DNA of 64,000 bases from Synergistaceae bacterium UBA4066 (GTDB lineage: Bacteria; Synergistota; Synergistia; Synergistales; Thermovirgaceae): assembly GCA_002383685.1 (NCBI GenBank), contig DFZC01000051.1, positions 575 through 64,574 of the forward strand. Direction: 5' to 3'. The translations under genes were made by a program, and so were the position numbers. Below the pieces are notes generated by a model that saw only the letters and a program-made list of their open reading frames with translations, did no database searches and had not been told where the DNA came from. Shown here piece by piece: positions 1-6,829 of the stretch (the stretch's first letter is position 1; the number at the start of each line of letters is the position of its first letter).

Positions 1-339
1 GCATAGGACGCCGTCGAAGGATCTGTCGGGGATGGTGAAAAGGGCTGGAAGAGCATCTGTGAAGAGACGGCCATCCAGGGATGGGTCGAAGCGGAGGCCT
101 TCGTCGATCAGTTCGGGGCATGGGTCTACGCCGAAAGCGTCCCAGCCGCCCCGCAGCAGCAGGGATACGTCGCGGCCAGCCGCGCAGCCTACGTCGAGGA
201 CCCTGGATCCTTTGGGGAAGGCGACGTCGAACCAGTTCTCAATGCCGGCGGCGGCGGAGCGGTATTGTTCGGCGAGAAGGGAGGCGTTGGCGGAGTAGAA
301 TTCCCGGGTTTGGGGGTCTAAGACATTCGCTTTATCCAT
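1..339 (-). CDS. class I SAM-dependent methyltransferase, N-terminal part (gene runs off the left window edge)
   Basis: Open-ended, so absent from the ORF track. My reverse-strand translation from ATG 339..337 gives MDKANVLDPQTREFYSANASLLAEQYRSAAAGIENWFDVAFPKGSRVLDVGCAAGRDVSLLLRGGWDAFGVDPCPELI... This carries the VLDVGCxxG SAM-binding motif I and the following acidic GVD motif. Confidence 0.6.
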   Translation of the reverse strand, partial: MDKANVLDPQTREFYSANASLLAEQYRSAAAGIENWFDVAFPKGSRVLDVGCAAGRDVSLLLRGGWDAFGVDPCPELIDEGLRFDPSLDGRLFTDALPALFTIPDRSFDGVLC

Positions 340-397
340 CCCTGGGTCCTCTGTTTCTTCAGATTTTTGGAAAATCCTTTCATATCCTCGGACCACT

Positions 398-490
398 CAG
401 ATCTCCGCAGATAAGACCTTGTTTGATTTATTACAAAAGAACCTATCTGTGACCATCTGTGATATACCCTGTCGCTTTGCTTGGGGCACT
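398..490. repeat. repeat module E, copy 1 (93 nt)
   Basis: Sequence cagatctccgcagataagacc...aaaagaacctatctgtgaccatctgtgatataccctgtcgctttgcttggggcact. The last 55 nt are identical to copy 2 at 611..702. The 5' part is similar with one 1-nt indel (aligned by eye). Confidence 0.85.
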
Positions 491-575
491 CGTCTGTGGA
501 TAATGGTAGTCCTGGTCTGTCCTGATGCTCGGGTCAAGGAACCAAAACAAGAACATGGTATCCGCAGACAAGGTG

Positions 576-603
576 CCCTAGCCTGCATGCTGCAGGCGTA
601 GGG
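576..603. other. GC-rich hairpin between the two E repeats
   Basis: cccta-gcctgca-tgc-tgcaggc-g-taggg. A 7-bp stem with a 3-nt loop is extended by 5 bp across a 1-nt bulge. Confidence 0.6.
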
Positions 604-610
604 TATTACA

Positions 611-702
611 CAGATTTCCTCAGATAAAACCTTGATTATTATTTTCAAAAGAACCTATCTGTGACCATCTGTGATATACCCTGTCGCTTTGCTTGGGGCA
701 CT
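611..702. repeat. repeat module E, copy 2 (92 nt)
   Basis: Direct repeat of 398..490. It contains the same tandem octamer atctgtga-cc-atctgtga and the core accctgtcgctttgcttggggcact. Confidence 0.85.
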
Positions 703-715
703 TTGTGAGTCGTGA

Positions 716-771
716 ATCGAAAGTTCAAACATAGATCTCTCATCCGCCAGCCGGCGGATTCGAGATGACAG
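716..771. repeat. repeat module D, copy 1 (56 nt, contains hairpin 735..766)
   Basis: atcgaaagttcaaacatagatctctcatccgccagccggcggattcgagatgacag. Near-identical to 6462..6517 (about 3 mismatches by eye). Hairpin: atctc/gagat outer stem, ccgcc/ggcgg inner stem, agcc loop. Confidence 0.85.
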
Positions 772-860
772 ACTAAAACCGTGACGCGGAACTCGTGATT
801 AGTGCCTAAGATACGTTTTTAAGTCAAATAGATCTACGGTTTCCTCTCTTCTGCACTCCT

Positions 861-885
861 ACCCTGTCGCTCCGCTCCGGGCACT
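861..885. repeat. degenerate third copy of the E-module core
   Basis: accctgtcgctccgctccgggcact versus accctgtcgctttgcttggggcact in E1/E2 (21 of 25 positions identical). Confidence 0.6.
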
Positions 886-940
886 TCGTCCCGAGGTGTT
901 TTAACGAGGGGCTTCGTCTGCGGTGAGATGGTCCCAGGGT

Positions 941-983
941 CAGATCCTCATCCGCCGGCTGGCGGACTCCTCAGGATGACAAC
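941..983. repeat. repeat module D, diverged copy 2 (hairpin 944..977)
   Basis: cagatcctcatccgccggctggcggactcctcaggatgacaac. The inner stem ccgcc/ggcgg and the 3' flank gatgaca match D1. The outer stem is atcct/aggat instead of atctc/gagat. Confidence 0.7.
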
Positions 984-1012
984 AACGGCCAGCACATCAA
1001 TGGTGTCTTTAT

Positions 1013-1345
1013 TTATTTCAAGGATTTCTTGATGGACCTGTATCTTGAATTGGCCTTTTCGTAAAAGTTCTCTCTTGTGGCAACAAGGAGGATAAGGCAA
1101 ACCTTCTCCTCGGTCATGACACAGTAGGCTACGCGCCATTGCCCACTGCCTTTAAGAGAAAAGTGAAGGGATCGTACCTTCACAAGTGAACCTTCAAGGA
1201 GATCTCCTGCAAGGGGTTCTGTTTCAAGAACCCTGATCTCTTCGAAGATCTCTTTAAGATGGGGTTTGCATGCCTTGGCTTTGAGGTCTTTTACGGCACC
1301 CGTAGTTAATTCTACGGAATATTTCTGATCATTGCCCTTATTCAA
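1013..1345 (-). CDS. type II toxin, RelE/ParE family
   Basis: 110 aa. It overlaps the upstream antitoxin gene by 8 nt. It shows the typical pattern YSVELTTGAVKDLK...WRVAYCV...VCLILLVATRENFY. Confidence 0.7.
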   Translation of the reverse strand: MNKGNDQKYSVELTTGAVKDLKAKACKPHLKEIFEEIRVLETEPLAGDLLEGSLVKVRSLHFSLKGSGQWRVAYCVMTEEKVCLILLVATRENFYEKANSRYRSIKKSLK

Positions 1346-1583
1346 GGTCTACCCCAAGTTCATGAGCAGCATCTTCAAGGCCAACGGTCTTGCCCTCATT
1401 ACGCTCTCTTAAAGCATCTAACACCAGAGCATCAAAAGGGTTGACCGCTTTTTTCAGGACAAAGCATTCAACCTGCTCCTGCAGGAAAAGCGTATCGCCC
1501 GGTCTGATGTCGAGGTTCTTCCGGAGCTTGTTTGGCAGCGTTACCCGACCCTTTTCATCCACTTTCAAAGAGATAGCAGACAT
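1338..1583 (-). CDS. type II antitoxin, AbrB/MazE/SpoVT family
   Basis: 81 aa. The N-terminal swapped-hairpin motif VDEKGRVTLPNKLRKNLDIRPGDTLFL is typical of SpoVT-AbrB domains. It sits directly upstream of the toxin. Confidence 0.75.
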   Translation of the reverse strand: MSAISLKVDEKGRVTLPNKLRKNLDIRPGDTLFLQEQVECFVLKKAVNPFDALVLDALRERNEGKTVGLEDAAHELGVDLE

Positions 1584-1734
1584 TCTTTTTCACCACCCTG
1601 GTGGGATTTTCCCACAAGACATTATAGTTCAATGGCGGAAATGGTCAATGGGATGAGTGACAAGGGTGTGGAACAAGGGAGTGACACGTGACTGGAAATA
1701 CAGGTGACCAGGCAGCAGGCTTCAGGCAACAGGG

Positions 1735-1783
1735 AAGGCAAAACCGGTCCAAAGTTATCAAGTTCAAAGTTCAAAGAAGAAAC
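1735..1783. repeat. repeat module A, copy 1
   Basis: aaggcaaaaccggtccaaagttatcaagttcaaagttcaaagaagaaac. About 90% identical by eye to 6318..6366. It has an internal CAARGTT reiteration. Confidence 0.75.
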
Positions 1784-1895
1784 GGGACGGTGAACGGAAG
1801 TTCAGATCCAGATGCTAATTGTTATAATCAAGGTCAACCGGAAGCATATTAAGGATATTAAACGCTCTTCGCAGACTTGTTATGGAGGTATGGTC

Positions 1896-2837
1896 ATGTC
1901 AAGCCAGTTGTCGCGGTTGAAGGGGAACGTGTCGAAAGTGGTCATCGGCAAGGGGAAAGTGCTGGACCTCATGCTGGTGGGGCTGATTGCCAGGGGGCAT
2001 ATCCTTATCGAGGACGTCCCCGGAGTGGGGAAGACCCTGATGGCCAGGGTCATCGCCGCATCGTGCAGCATGGGGTTCCGGCGGCTGCAGTGCACGCCCG
2101 ACCTTATGCCCACGGATGTGACGGGCTTTTTCACCTACGACAAAAAGGACGGGGCTTTCACCTTCCGCCCTGGCCCCCTGATGACTAATATTCTTTTGGT
2201 GGACGAGATCAACAGGGCCGTACCGCGCACCCAGTCAAGCCTGCTGGAGGCCATGGAAGAAAGGCAAGCCACGGTGGACGGCCAGACATTTCCTTTACCT
2301 TCACCCTTCATGGTTATGGCCACCCAGAACCCCATCGAGATGGAGGGGACATTTCCCCTGCCCGAGGCACAGCTGGACCGTTTCCTTCTGAAAGTCGACA
2401 TGGGGTACCCCACCGCCGGCGAGGAAGAAGAGATCATCCTGACCCACGGAAAGAATACGGCCCTTTCGGGAATAGAAAGCGTGGTTTCCGGGGAGGACAT
2501 ACTGTCATGGCAGGACGAAGCGGCGGAAGTGTTCGTCCACCCGTCGCTTACCACATACATGATAGGCCTGACCCGGGCATCCCGGGAACATTCAGCCGTG
2601 GAACTGGGGGCAAGCCCGAGGGGGTCTCTGGCGCTGTTCAAGACTTCGAAGGCCCTGGCGTTCATCAGCGGAAGGTCCTACGTGATCCCCGACGACGTGA
2701 AGTACCTCGCTCCATACGTTCTGGCGCACCGCCTTATGCTGCGCCGCGAGGAACGCTACCGGGGGAATACCGGCCGCGCCGTGGTGACAGAGATCCTCTC
2801 CCAGGTGCCCGTTCCCGTCGAGGATGGCTGGGAGTAG
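1896..2837 (+). CDS. MoxR-family AAA+ ATPase
   Basis: Walker A in ILIEDVPGVGKTLMAR, Walker B in LLVDEINRA, and the MoxR-type C-terminus. Start moved to ATG 1896, which lies 7 nt after GGAGG. The track ORF begins at 1812. Confidence 0.9.
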   Translation: MSSQLSRLKGNVSKVVIGKGKVLDLMLVGLIARGHILIEDVPGVGKTLMARVIAASCSMGFRRLQCTPDLMPTDVTGFFTYDKKDGAFTFRPGPLMTNILLVDEINRAVPRTQSSLLEAMEERQATVDGQTFPLPSPFMVMATQNPIEMEGTFPLPEAQLDRFLLKVDMGYPTAGEEEEIILTHGKNTALSGIESVVSGEDILSWQDEAAEVFVHPSLTTYMIGLTRASREHSAVELGASPRGSLALFKTSKALAFISGRSYVIPDDVKYLAPYVLAHRLMLRREERYRGNTGRAVVTEILSQVPVPVEDGWE

Positions 2838-2840
2838 CCT

Positions 2841-3947
2841 ATGAGGGAAGTTCCGCTGGTCACTTCCCTATACACCCTTTTGGGGATCAGGATCTTTGCC
2901 GCAGTGAGCGTGGTTTTACTTCTGGCCAGGGGGCTTTATCTGCCGGCCTCCTTCCTGATCGCCATCCTGATGATCCTCGTCAGCTGCAGGCTCTGGGCCG
3001 ACTACGGGCTCCACAGGCTGGGAACAAACCGCGAGACTCACCCGGTGAGGCTTTTCCCGGGAGATGTTGCCTCGTTTTCGGTCCGCATCCAAAACGATAA
3101 AAGGCTCCCTGTTTCCCTTGAGGTCTGGCAACCATTCCCCGAAGGACTGAATGTTACCTCTTCTGAACAGGAGGATGGAGACCCCGGCGGCCGACGCGTG
3201 GTCTTCCTGGGGAAATATGCCGAGAACCTGTTGAGCTTCCGTATCACCGGTATGTCGCGCGGCTGCTACGAGATCCCCCCTGGCAGGGTCAATTCGAAGG
3301 ATCTCCTGGGACTCTTCCACAGGGAGAGACGCTTCGGCGAGGCCATGGAGATCCTGGTTTACCCGGCGCTGCTGGACATGGAGGATCGCGACCTGGCGCA
3401 ACACTTCCTGATAGGCGATACAAGGTCCGACAGGCCCTTCATGCCAGATCCCACCCGGGTTTCGAGCCTGAGGGACTACACGCCTGACATCCCGGCACGG
3501 CGGATACACTGGAAAGCCAGCGCCCGGCATGGAATACTTCTGGCCAAGGTCCTTGAGCACACGGCGGACCTGAGGTTATGCGTCACCCTGGACGGTGACA
3601 GATTCCCAAAGCACTCCCCCTCCATGGAGAAGGCCCTCTCCGTGGCTGCGACCCTGACAGTGTGGGCCGAACGGGAAAAAATCCCTTTCGGCCTCATATC
3701 CAACGTGTCCCAGTGCGGAAGATCGGGTCCGGTTTCGATCTCCGCAGGATCCGGCCCATCCCAGGTGCGGCTCGCCCTGGAGGCTCTGGCCAGGGCGAAG
3801 CTCCCGGTCGCGCTTCCTTACGGCGAGTTTTTGAGCCAGGAGAAGAGGCTGATGCCCTGGGGGACAACGATCATATCTATCCGCGGCGATAACTCCGGCG
3901 GGACCCCGTCCGGGGACGGGGTCAGTGTCGAGATGGAAAGAGCCTGA
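2841..3947 (+). CDS. DUF58 family protein (vWA-like MoxR partner) with N-terminal TM helices
   Basis: Motif LRDYTPDIPARRIHWKASARHGILLAKVLE is typical of DUF58. The gene starts 4 nt after the moxR stop. Confidence 0.85.
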   Translation: MREVPLVTSLYTLLGIRIFAAVSVVLLLARGLYLPASFLIAILMILVSCRLWADYGLHRLGTNRETHPVRLFPGDVASFSVRIQNDKRLPVSLEVWQPFPEGLNVTSSEQEDGDPGGRRVVFLGKYAENLLSFRITGMSRGCYEIPPGRVNSKDLLGLFHRERRFGEAMEILVYPALLDMEDRDLAQHFLIGDTRSDRPFMPDPTRVSSLRDYTPDIPARRIHWKASARHGILLAKVLEHTADLRLCVTLDGDRFPKHSPSMEKALSVAATLTVWAEREKIPFGLISNVSQCGRSGPVSISAGSGPSQVRLALEALARAKLPVALPYGEFLSQEKRLMPWGTTIISIRGDNSGGTPSGDGVSVEMERA

Positions 3948-3959
3948 GGTGATGCTGTT

Positions 3960-5267
3960 TTGGCAAGCATACTGTTCCGGCTGTTCCTGGTCACCAGCGA
4001 GTCGCTGAATTATTGCCTGTTCTACCTGTTTGCCGTCTCAGGCTTCGAGGTGACGGGGTTCGTGGACCCATGGTCATTTCTGACCATCGGTTCGTCCGTG
4101 GCAGCAGTAAACCTGGCCATGAAGCGCGGCAACTTCAGGTACTTCACTATAGCTCTCGCCAACGTTGCCGTTTTCTGGGTCAGCCTCCGTTTGGGACGAA
4201 ACCCGTTAACCCTTGTGTCCACTTCCGGGAGCCCTGCATCCATGGCGGGGTTTTTGGCCACCTGGGTTCTGTTGCTGGCAGCAGGCGGCCGGGCAGTATT
4301 CCTTTCCTGGACAAAGGATCCCCCACGGTACGGGCTTTTTGACATAAACGTTGCGGCCCTTTTCCTGATGCTGCTCCTGGCCTCGTCCTTCGAGGTTCCC
4401 CTTCCCGGGGTACATGCGCTTTTGTTTTTGGCCATCCTGTCCAACGTATTCATGCTCTTTTTCGGATCCCGGAGAGAGGGTTCGGGACAGGGCTCCAGAC
4501 GTTCCCTTCTGGCTCTTGCGGTCCTTCTTGTGCCGGTGTGGCTGATAGGGAATTCCGATATCCTTTCGGTGCTGGAACAGCCGGCAGAGTCGGTTATCGA
4601 GTTCAGCAAGCCCTTTTTCGGGCTGCTTCTCCAGGGACTCGGAGCGGTACTTTTGATGATCTTCAGGTTCATGAGATTGATACCGCGTCGCCAGGCGCCG
4701 ACAGTATCGGGCGGGGGGCCTTCCGTCACGGAAGAGGAACTGATGCCCGCCGGGGAAGCGGGTCTTCTGGAAAAGTACCTGATATTGGGCATGGCGATCA
4801 TAGTCGCAGTGCTCGCCGTTCTGGGGGCGCTTTACATGCTGTGGCTTCTGGTGCGCTTCCTGCTTCATAAAAGGACGGGCACTGCGTCCGGCGAAGTATG
4901 GAAAAGACCTTCTTTCAGGAGTTTCCTGGCGGCCCTGTACCGGACGCTGAAGCGCCTGGTACTGATGGCTGCCATCTTTTTGCCCTTGCCTATTACAGCA
5001 GAACGGGCCTACGGTTTCCTGCTCTTCTGGGGGAAGCACAAGGGGAAGCCAAGAAAGGCCGACGAAACAGCCTACGAGTACCTGGAAAGGCTCCGGGCAA
5101 GGTTCCCGGATCGGGAAAGGGAGTTATCGCGCATTACGGGAAGTTTCGTGCGGCACAGGTACTCAAGGGAGGGAAGAGTCTTCGAACGGGGTCTGAAATG
5201 GTACGTGTTGAAGCTGTACGTGAGGGTTCCGTTCCTGAAGGGAACCTCAGGGGCGGGAGAACTATGA
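3960..5267 (+). CDS. polytopic membrane protein with a C-terminal DUF4129-like domain
   Basis: 435 aa with multiple hydrophobic helices. The C-terminal ETAYEYLERLRARFPDRERELSRITGSFVRHRYS resembles DUF4129 tails of transglutaminase-like MoxR-operon proteins. I see no Cys-His-Asp transglutaminase core. The start is TTG and is uncertain. Confidence 0.6.
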   Translation: MASILFRLFLVTSESLNYCLFYLFAVSGFEVTGFVDPWSFLTIGSSVAAVNLAMKRGNFRYFTIALANVAVFWVSLRLGRNPLTLVSTSGSPASMAGFLATWVLLLAAGGRAVFLSWTKDPPRYGLFDINVAALFLMLLLASSFEVPLPGVHALLFLAILSNVFMLFFGSRREGSGQGSRRSLLALAVLLVPVWLIGNSDILSVLEQPAESVIEFSKPFFGLLLQGLGAVLLMIFRFMRLIPRRQAPTVSGGGPSVTEEELMPAGEAGLLEKYLILGMAIIVAVLAVLGALYMLWLLVRFLLHKRTGTASGEVWKRPSFRSFLAALYRTLKRLVLMAAIFLPLPITAERAYGFLLFWGKHKGKPRKADETAYEYLERLRARFPDRERELSRITGSFVRHRYSREGRVFERGLKWYVLKLYVRVPFLKGTSGAGEL

Positions 5268-5349
5268 GGAGACAGGCGTCAGGCAACAGGCGACAGGAAG
5301 GGCAAAAGCGTGACTCGTAACTCGTGACTCGGAAACCCAAACCTTTTCA

Positions 5350-5419
5350 CCACAGACAAGGCCCCTCATTGAACCGCTACCCTCGTTAGTGCACCCCGGG
5401 ACTATGCCGGGACAAGGTG
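5350..5419. repeat. repeat module C, copy 1 (70 nt)
   Basis: ccacagacaaggcccctcattgaaccgctaccctcgttagtgcaccccgggactatgccgggacaaggtg. Identical 70/70 to 6381..6450. It contains a cccgg-gactatg-ccggg stem-loop and terminal gacaagg(t)g direct repeats. Confidence 0.9.
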
Positions 5420-5515
5420 CCCCTGACATAAAGAAACTGAAAATTGATCTGAGGCTGATGAAAAAATGTTATATATGATATAATCACGCTATCCAAAAGG
5501 GAGGTTATCTCTCTT

Positions 5516-5904
5516 ATGTCCTGGAATATCATCTTCTTTACAAAGCCCGATGGTTCACCAGAAATGAGCTTAACTCTGGTTCAAGTCCAGTAACAGATTT
5601 TCTCAGATCACTTTCACCGGGACATAGAGCCAAAGCTATGAGGGTTATTGATCTTCTTGAGCAATTCGGACCTGGGCTTCAGAGACCTCATGCTGCCAGT
5701 ATCAGGCTTCAAAGATATTCGGGACTTTGGGAATTGCGGATCAGTTTCTCCGGAGATGCCTCCCGTGTTTTTTATTTCACATTAAACGATGGATCTTTCG
5801 TATTACTTCACGGTTTTATCAAAAAAACAGAAAAGTTACCCAAAAAGGAACTCGAAATTGCCCTTAACAGAAAACAGGATTTTTTAAAGAGGTGCGAAAA
5901 ATGA
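5516..5904 (+). pseudogene. higB: HigB / Gp49-like (RelE superfamily) toxin disrupted by a 26-nt insertion
   Basis: ATG 5516, after the AAAGGGAGG RBS, encodes MSWNIIFFTKPDGS and then hits a stop at 5591. The rest of the family-typical sequence (SPVTDFLRSLSPGHRAKAMRVIDLL...LWELRI...FVLLHGFIKKTEKLPKKELEIA) lies in another frame. Removing 5558..5583, which is flanked by the ggttca direct repeat, restores one 120-aa ORF. Confidence 0.65.
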
Positions 5905-6272
5905 TCAGAAATGGAATTCCCTGGAAAGAAGTCAAAAAAGATCTATTGAAGGACCCTGAAACAGCTTCGGCATATGCCGAACTTGACGAGGAGTTTGCCT
6001 TTATAGCATCGATGATCAGGGCCAGGCGGGAGAAGGGCATTTCACAAGAAGATCTGGCCCTAAGGGTAGGAACTAGCCAGGGTAACATCAGCAGGCTGGA
6101 GTCGGGCAAACACAATCCTTCTTTACGGTTTCTCCGAAGAGTGGCATCGGCCCTTGATCAAGAACTGAAGGTCAGTTTTCAAGCTCGAAACCCCGGAATT
6201 GGGAAGGCTAAACCCGTTCAAGGTTACCAGGTTCAAGGTTCAAAGAGGAAACGTGACGCAGAAAAACCGTAA
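5901..6272 (+). CDS. higA: HigA-like antitoxin, XRE-family HTH
   Basis: ATGA overlap with the toxin stop. The HTH is GISQEDLALRVGTSQGNISRLESGKHNPSLRFLRRVASAL. The C-terminal tail GKAKPVQGYQVQGSKRKRDAEKP is encoded by repeat module A2. Confidence 0.8.
   Translation: MIRNGIPWKEVKKDLLKDPETASAYAELDEEFAFIASMIRARREKGISQEDLALRVGTSQGNISRLESGKHNPSLRFLRRVASALDQELKVSFQARNPGIGKAKPVQGYQVQGSKRKRDAEKP
6204..6252. repeat. repeat module A, copy 2 (inside the higA 3' end)
   Basis: aaggctaaacccgttcaaggttaccaggttcaaggttcaaagaggaaac. It is followed by the B-type segment cgtgacgcagaaaaaccgtaaatcgtgactcggaaag, which shares cgtgactcggaaa with 5322..5334. Confidence 0.7.
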
Positions 6273-6317
6273 ATCGTGACTCGGAAAGAGCAGGAAAACA
6301 AGGCGGCTGGCTGCAGG

Positions 6318-6366
6318 AAGGCAAAACCAGTTCAAAGTTATCCAGTTCAAGGTTCAAAGACGAAAC
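6318..6366. repeat. repeat module A, copy 3
   Basis: aaggcaaaaccagttcaaagttatccagttcaaggttcaaagacgaaac. Confidence 0.75.
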
Positions 6367-6380
6367 CACAAACTGTTTAT

Positions 6381-6450
6381 CCACAGACAAGGCCCCTCAT
6401 TGAACCGCTACCCTCGTTAGTGCACCCCGGGACTATGCCGGGACAAGGTG
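6381..6450. repeat. repeat module C, copy 2 (70 nt)
   Basis: Identical to 5350..5419. Confidence 0.9.
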
Positions 6451-6461
6451 GACAGGATGGG

Positions 6462-6517
6462 ATCGAAAGTTCAAATACAGATCTCTCATCCGCCAGCCGG
6501 CGGATTCGAGATGACAG
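6462..6517. repeat. repeat module D, copy 3
   Basis: atcgaaagttcaaatacagatctctcatccgccagccggcggattcgagatgacag. Same hairpin as D1. Confidence 0.85.
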
Positions 6518-6827
6518 CCAACTTTTGTGGATCCTGTGATAAGAAGACATGGCTCTTGACTCGGGGATCGGGAAGGGCAGGGACACAAGGCTTCAGGAAG
6601 GGCTCAAGCGGGGGCGGGTAAAGGATCCCCGCCCCCTTGGTATCCGGGCAGATCGAAGGGGTCGCGGAATTCCAGGCAGATATCGAGGGGCCGGTCAGGA
6701 TGATCAGGGCTTTCCTGGCGATATCAGCAGCCCGAAAAACCCGGAAGGATCCGGCCCCACAAAATACACCAGGAATCGTTATTTCCCAGTCTCGATAACG
6801 GGCTATCCTGACCACGGGGAGCCGCAA
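6486..6827 (-). CDS. hypothetical protein (weak call)
   Basis: 113-aa TTG-start ORF that begins 3 nt after the stop of the upstream ARPP-1-like gene. Third-position GC is similar to neighbouring genes by my rough count. I recognise no motif, and its 3' end runs into repeat D3. Confidence 0.25.
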   Translation of the reverse strand: MRLPVVRIARYRDWEITIPGVFCGAGSFRVFRAADIARKALIILTGPSISAWNSATPSICPDTKGAGILYPPPLEPFLKPCVPALPDPRVKSHVFLSQDPQKLAVISNPPAGG

Positions 6828-6829
6828 GA

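Noticed and set aside
398-885. Possible CRISPR array formed by the E repeats
   Set aside because: There are only two full copies plus one degenerate core. The repeat unit is about 93 nt, far longer than CRISPR repeats. The spacing is irregular, and there are no cas genes in the window.
6441-6475. tRNA 3'-end-like remnant (ggacaggatgggatcgaaag resembles the ggacagg...tcgaacc of the neighbouring tRNAs) as an island att site
   Set aside because: The similarity is limited to a few scattered bases. There is no T-stem complementarity and no acceptor or CCA segment.
340-6520. Integron-like cassette array, with TA cassettes separated by attC-like repeats
   Set aside because: No intI gene is present. 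The two TA loci are on opposite strands. A three-gene MoxR operon lies between them. I could not find RYYYAAC/GTTRRRY core sites at the repeat ends.
6276-6539. 87-aa plus-strand ORF downstream of higA
   Set aside because: It reads straight through repeat modules A3, C2 and D3, has no RBS and has low-complexity composition. It is most likely a by-product of the repeats being stop-free in that frame.
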